Part shown: positions 61,057 through 64,000 of the stretch, piece by piece
Position numbering within the stretch: position 1 is the stretch's first letter
Layout of the letters: each line of letters begins with the position of its first letter
Assembly (NCBI GenBank): GCA_035540955.1
Contig: DATLFP010000009.1
Location: 845-64,844, forward strand
Length of the DNA: 64,000 nucleotides
From: Acidimicrobiales bacterium
GTDB taxonomy: Bacteria; Actinomycetota; Acidimicrobiia; Acidimicrobiales; CADCSY01
Direction of reading: 5' to 3'
The notes under the pieces: model-generated
What the model was told of the DNA's origin: nothing
What the model saw: the letters and a program-made list of their open reading frames with translations, nothing else
Databases searched by the model: none
Made by a program: the position numbers and the translations under genes

Positions 61057-61772
61057 TGGACCTCGGCATCCGTGACCGGGTGGCGGTCGTGGCGGCGTCG
61101 TCGAAGGGGCTCGGTCTCGCCAGCGCTCGGGCGCTGCGGGGCGAGGGCTGCCACGTCGTCGTGTGCAGCCGGGAGGAGACGGCGCTGCAGGCCGTCGCCG
61201 AGGAGCTGCAGGCTCCCGGCATCCGGCTCGACATCACCGAGCCCGACGCGCCGCAACGGCTCGTCGACCTGGCGGTGGCCACCTACGGACGCCTCGACAT
61301 CGTGGTGCCCAACGCCGGAGGTCCTCCGCCCGGAGCCGCCCTCGACGTGACCGACGAGCAGCTGCGCGACGCGTTCGAAGCGAACTGCCTGGCGTCGATC
61401 CGGCTGGTGCGGGCGGCGCTCCCGCACCTGGAGGCGCGGGAGTGGGGTCGCATCTGCATGATCACCAGCTACACGGTGAAGCAGCCGGCGCCGATGCTGG
61501 CGCTGTCGAACGTGGCCCGCACCGGGCTGTGGGCGTGGGTGAAGACGGCGGCGCCGGCGCTCGCCCCCAAGGGGATCACGCTCAACATGGCGGCGCCCGG
61601 CACCCACGCCACCGACCGCATGAAGCAGCTCGCCGGCGGCGCGCCGACTGGGCCGATGGGCGACCCCGCCGACTTCGGCAAGGTGGTCGCCTTCCTCTGC
61701 TCCGAGCCCGCCGGCTACATCAACGGCGTCGCCCTCAACATCGACGGCGGCGCGGTCACCGGCCTCCTGTGA
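61056..61772 (+). CDS. SDR-family oxidoreductase
   Basis: 238 aa with a Rossmann motif variant (AASSKGLG) and NAGG. ATGA overlap with the M24 stop. Confidence 0.8.
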   Translation: MDLGIRDRVAVVAASSKGLGLASARALRGEGCHVVVCSREETALQAVAEELQAPGIRLDITEPDAPQRLVDLAVATYGRLDIVVPNAGGPPPGAALDVTDEQLRDAFEANCLASIRLVRAALPHLEAREWGRICMITSYTVKQPAPMLALSNVARTGLWAWVKTAAPALAPKGITLNMAAPGTHATDRMKQLAGGAPTGPMGDPADFGKVVAFLCSEPAGYINGVALNIDGGAVTGLL

Positions 61773-61838
61773 CCCGCCCCGTCAAGATCTCGGAGCATCC
61801 AGACCGGCTGTACCGGCTTGAATGCGCCGAGAACTGGA

Positions 61839-62375
61839 TCAGAGGGTGAGCGAGGTGAGCTCGTAGCGCACGGCGGGGGTGTCGACGTAGGCGAAGATGC
61901 CGAGCCGGGTCGACAGGCACCACGTGGAGACGGCCACGCCCTGCACGGGGATGGCGATGCAGTCGAGGCCGTAGGGCGAGGTGAGGTCGGCGTCGCCGGC
62001 GTCGGCCCGGCGGGCGGTGGCCTCGATGGCGGCGGCCGGGTTGGCGGCGAGGAACCCCGAGAAGATGCCGAAGCGGGCGAGGGCGGCCTCGTCGGTGAGG
62101 TCCACGATCTCGCCGTCGACGGTCACGGTCAGCTCCGGCGGTGCGGAGACGACGACCACGGTGTGCTCGCCGCCGCCGTTCTTGTTGAGCAGGTCGTAGC
62201 GGGCCTCGAAGGCGACCGTCGCCGGGTCGATGACGCGGTCGAGGAAGGCCCCCACGTCGGCCGGGACGTCCCGGTCGCGGTCGACGACGCCGCCCCCGTC
62301 GGGACCGCTGTCATCGCTGCCGGAGCACGACGCAACCGCCACCAGGAGGGCGATCGCGAGGGCTCGGCGCATCAC
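61839..62375 (-). CDS. hypothetical lipoprotein
   Basis: 178 aa with a signal peptide and lipobox (LLVAVASC). No family assigned. Confidence 0.6.
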   Translation of the reverse strand: MMRRALAIALLVAVASCSGSDDSGPDGGGVVDRDRDVPADVGAFLDRVIDPATVAFEARYDLLNKNGGGEHTVVVVSAPPELTVTVDGEIVDLTDEAALARFGIFSGFLAANPAAAIEATARRADAGDADLTSPYGLDCIAIPVQGVAVSTWCLSTRLGIFAYVDTPAVRYELTSLTL

Positions 62376-62392
62376 CCGTACCTTGACACGCC

Positions 62393-63247
62393 GTGATCCG
62401 GTTGGACGCCGCCACCGTGCTGCTGCAGTGGGCCACCGGCGGACTGCTGTTCCTGTGGGTCACGACCCGGCGCCGGGAGGTCGGCATCGGCTACGGCTGG
62501 CTCCTCCGCGGCAGCTACGGCGCGCTCGCCGCCGGCGCCGTGGTGGCCGGTGTCGCCCTCGAGCCGGTGCCCGTGCGCGACGTCGCCGCCGCGCTCGTGG
62601 TGGTGGCCACCGGCGCCGCCCTCGTGGTGTCGGTCGTCCGCCGGCGGGCCGGCGTGGCGGGGGAGCGGGCCGACGACGCTCGCCGCAGCGAGCGGGTGGC
62701 GGCCATGACCGGCATCGAGCGCGAGGCGTCGCCCACGGTGGCCGGCGTCGCCGAGTTCCCGCCGGCGCTCGACCTGGTCGCCCCCGCCATCGGCGCCATC
62801 GGCCTCGTCGCCGCCGCCCTCGATGCCGCCGGCGATCGGCCGGTGGTGGCGCTCGTGCGGACCCTCGTCGGCGCCGCCTTCCTCGGGGCCGTCACCGACG
62901 CCATGCTCCTCGGTCACTGGTACCTCGTGCAGCCCGGCCTGGCCCGCTCGTCGCTGCTCGAGCTGGTGCGGTGGACGGCGGTGCTCTGGCCCTTCGAGGT
63001 GGTGGCGATGCTCCTGCCCACCGGGATGCTGTCGGTGTTCACCGGCGCCGTGGACGACGGGTACGGCGGCACCCTCGGCTGGACGTGGGCGATGTGCGCC
63101 GTGACCACCATCGGCCTGTGCTTCGTGACCAGGGCCGCGCTCCGGGAGCGCCAGTACTCGGCGGTGATGGCGGCCACCGGCCTCCTGTACCTGGCCATCC
63201 TCACCGCCTTCGGCACCGACCTCATCGCGCGGGCCGTGCTGGCCTGA
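62393..63247 (+). CDS. hypothetical multi-pass membrane protein
   Basis: 284 aa (GTG start) with ~7 hydrophobic helices. No family assigned. Confidence 0.55.
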   Translation: MIRLDAATVLLQWATGGLLFLWVTTRRREVGIGYGWLLRGSYGALAAGAVVAGVALEPVPVRDVAAALVVVATGAALVVSVVRRRAGVAGERADDARRSERVAAMTGIEREASPTVAGVAEFPPALDLVAPAIGAIGLVAAALDAAGDRPVVALVRTLVGAAFLGAVTDAMLLGHWYLVQPGLARSSLLELVRWTAVLWPFEVVAMLLPTGMLSVFTGAVDDGYGGTLGWTWAMCAVTTIGLCFVTRAALRERQYSAVMAATGLLYLAILTAFGTDLIARAVLA

Positions 63248-63379
63248 CGACGCCACGCGTCACCCAACTGTCTTCGTCTCGCCACGAAACCGTCACAAAC
63301 CGGCAGGAATCGGACCGCGGGCGGCGAACCCCGGTGCGGGGGCCCGACGGGGGCCCACGACTGACCAGGGGGTCACCGC

Positions 63380-63640
63380 GTGAAGAAGCTCATCGTGTCC
63401 GGTCTCGTCGCCGCCTCGCTCCTCGGCGGGGCCGGCGTGGCCATCGCCGGTCCGTACGACAACGGGCCGGGGCCGGGTCCGGGCAACAGCGGCGACGCCG
63501 CCATGTACGGCCTGTGCAAGGCGTACGCGAACAACGCCGACGAGGCGAAGGAGAACTCGCCCGTCTTCAACGAGTACACCGAGGACGAGTGGGCCGACCT
63601 CTGCGAGAACGTCCGCCCCGGCGGGAGCCGCCGCCCGTAG
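63380..63640 (+). CDS. small secreted protein (two Cys), hypothetical
   Basis: 86 aa from a GTG start. It has the signal peptide MKKLIVSGLVAASLLGGAGVAIA, a Gly/Pro-rich linker and an acidic C-terminal half. Confidence 0.5.
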   Translation: MKKLIVSGLVAASLLGGAGVAIAGPYDNGPGPGPGNSGDAAMYGLCKAYANNADEAKENSPVFNEYTEDEWADLCENVRPGGSRRP

Positions 63641-63652
63641 CCACGACCTGAC

Positions 63653-63698
63653 CGTTGTGCGCGCTCGTGCTGGTATCCCGGCACGAGCGCGCACAACG
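63653..63698. terminator. bidirectional terminator candidate: perfect 18-bp inverted repeat between convergent genes
   Basis: CGTTGTGCGCGCTCGTGC-tggtatcccg-GCACGAGCGCGCACAACG. It ends 1 nt before the metH stop codon. Confidence 0.6.
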
Positions 63699-63699
63699 A

Positions 63700-64000
63700 C
63701 TACCGCGCGTTGAAGTACTTGGCCTTGGGGTGGTGGGCGATGATCGCCGAGGTCGTCTGCTCCGGGTGGTACTGCCAGCCCGACTCTTCGCTGACCTCGA
63801 CGCCGATGCGCTCGGCGCCGAGCAGCTCGGCCACCTTGGCGTTGTCCTCGAGATCGGGACACGCCGGGTAGCCCCACGAGTAGCGACCGCCGCGGTACTG
63901 CTGGCGGAAGAGCCCGCCGAGGGTCGGCCCGTCCTCGTCGGCGAACCCCCACTCCTCGCGGATGCGCTTGTGCCAGAGCTCGGCGAGCGCCTCCGCCATC
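63700..64000 (-). CDS. metH: methionine synthase (cobalamin-dependent), C-terminal fragment; gene continues beyond the window
   Basis: The last ~100 aa match the MetH reactivation-domain C-terminus (RGGRYSWGYPACPDLEDNAKVAELL...SAIIAHHPKAKYFNAR). Confidence 0.85.
   Translation of the reverse strand, partial: MAEALAELWHKRIREEWGFADEDGPTLGGLFRQQYRGGRYSWGYPACPDLEDNAKVAELLGAERIGVEVSEESGWQYHPEQTTSAIIAHHPKAKYFNAR

Noticed and set aside
1-64000. Search for CRISPR arrays, transposases, integrases, phage genes, rRNA/tRNA genes, and recognisable defence systems (restriction-modification, CBASS, retrons, Cas, Argonaute and similar)
   Set aside because: None of the supportable ORFs shows such motifs and no spacer-repeat structure is visible. 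The only defence-like or selfish modules are the Phd-VapC pair and the stand-alone macro-domain protein.

Overview
High-GC (roughly 70%) Actinomycetota-type chromosomal window. It is densely coding, with about 60 supportable CDS. I found no rRNA, tRNA, CRISPR array, transposase or integrase. Many long ORFs in the six-frame track are Arg/Pro/Gly-rich antisense or out-of-frame shadows of real genes, and I rejected them.

Gene content, left to right:
- an EAL-GAF-GGDEF c-di-GMP protein, then sufC-sufS-sufU with no sufBD
- a cupredoxin / ECF sigma / ZAS anti-sigma / M15 peptidase module, then pepF
- a ~19-kb cell-envelope glycan locus (11.6-30.8 kb)
- a vapBC-MBL hydrolase-nitroreductase operon and an acyl-CoA dehydrogenase
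- a structured intergenic region, a diguanylate cyclase and aceE
- an RNase HI-SLOG fusion, hydantoinase A/B and fatty-acid metabolism genes
- argS, then lpd-E2-lipB/lipA with lipB and lipA fused in one ORF
- a macro-domain protein, an M24 peptidase, and the 3-prime end of metH

The glycan locus is built largely from 4-nt stop/start-overlapping genes. It contains three paralogues of a GT-B-like family I cannot name, a GT2-sulfotransferase fusion, a ~110-aa module shared by two enzymes, and a GH-like/synthase-like GT2 fusion.

Most unusual observations:
1. A ~51-58 bp palindromic element is present three times. One copy is inserted in frame (17 codons) inside a GT2 glycosyltransferase gene.
2. 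The glycan locus has unassigned paralogues and lacks canonical priming, flipping and polymerase genes in the window.
3. lipB and lipA form one continuous ORF.
4. A ~270-bp non-coding region shows nested Shine-Dalgarno / anti-Shine-Dalgarno-like pairings.

All functional calls rest on motifs recognised by eye. No database search was run.
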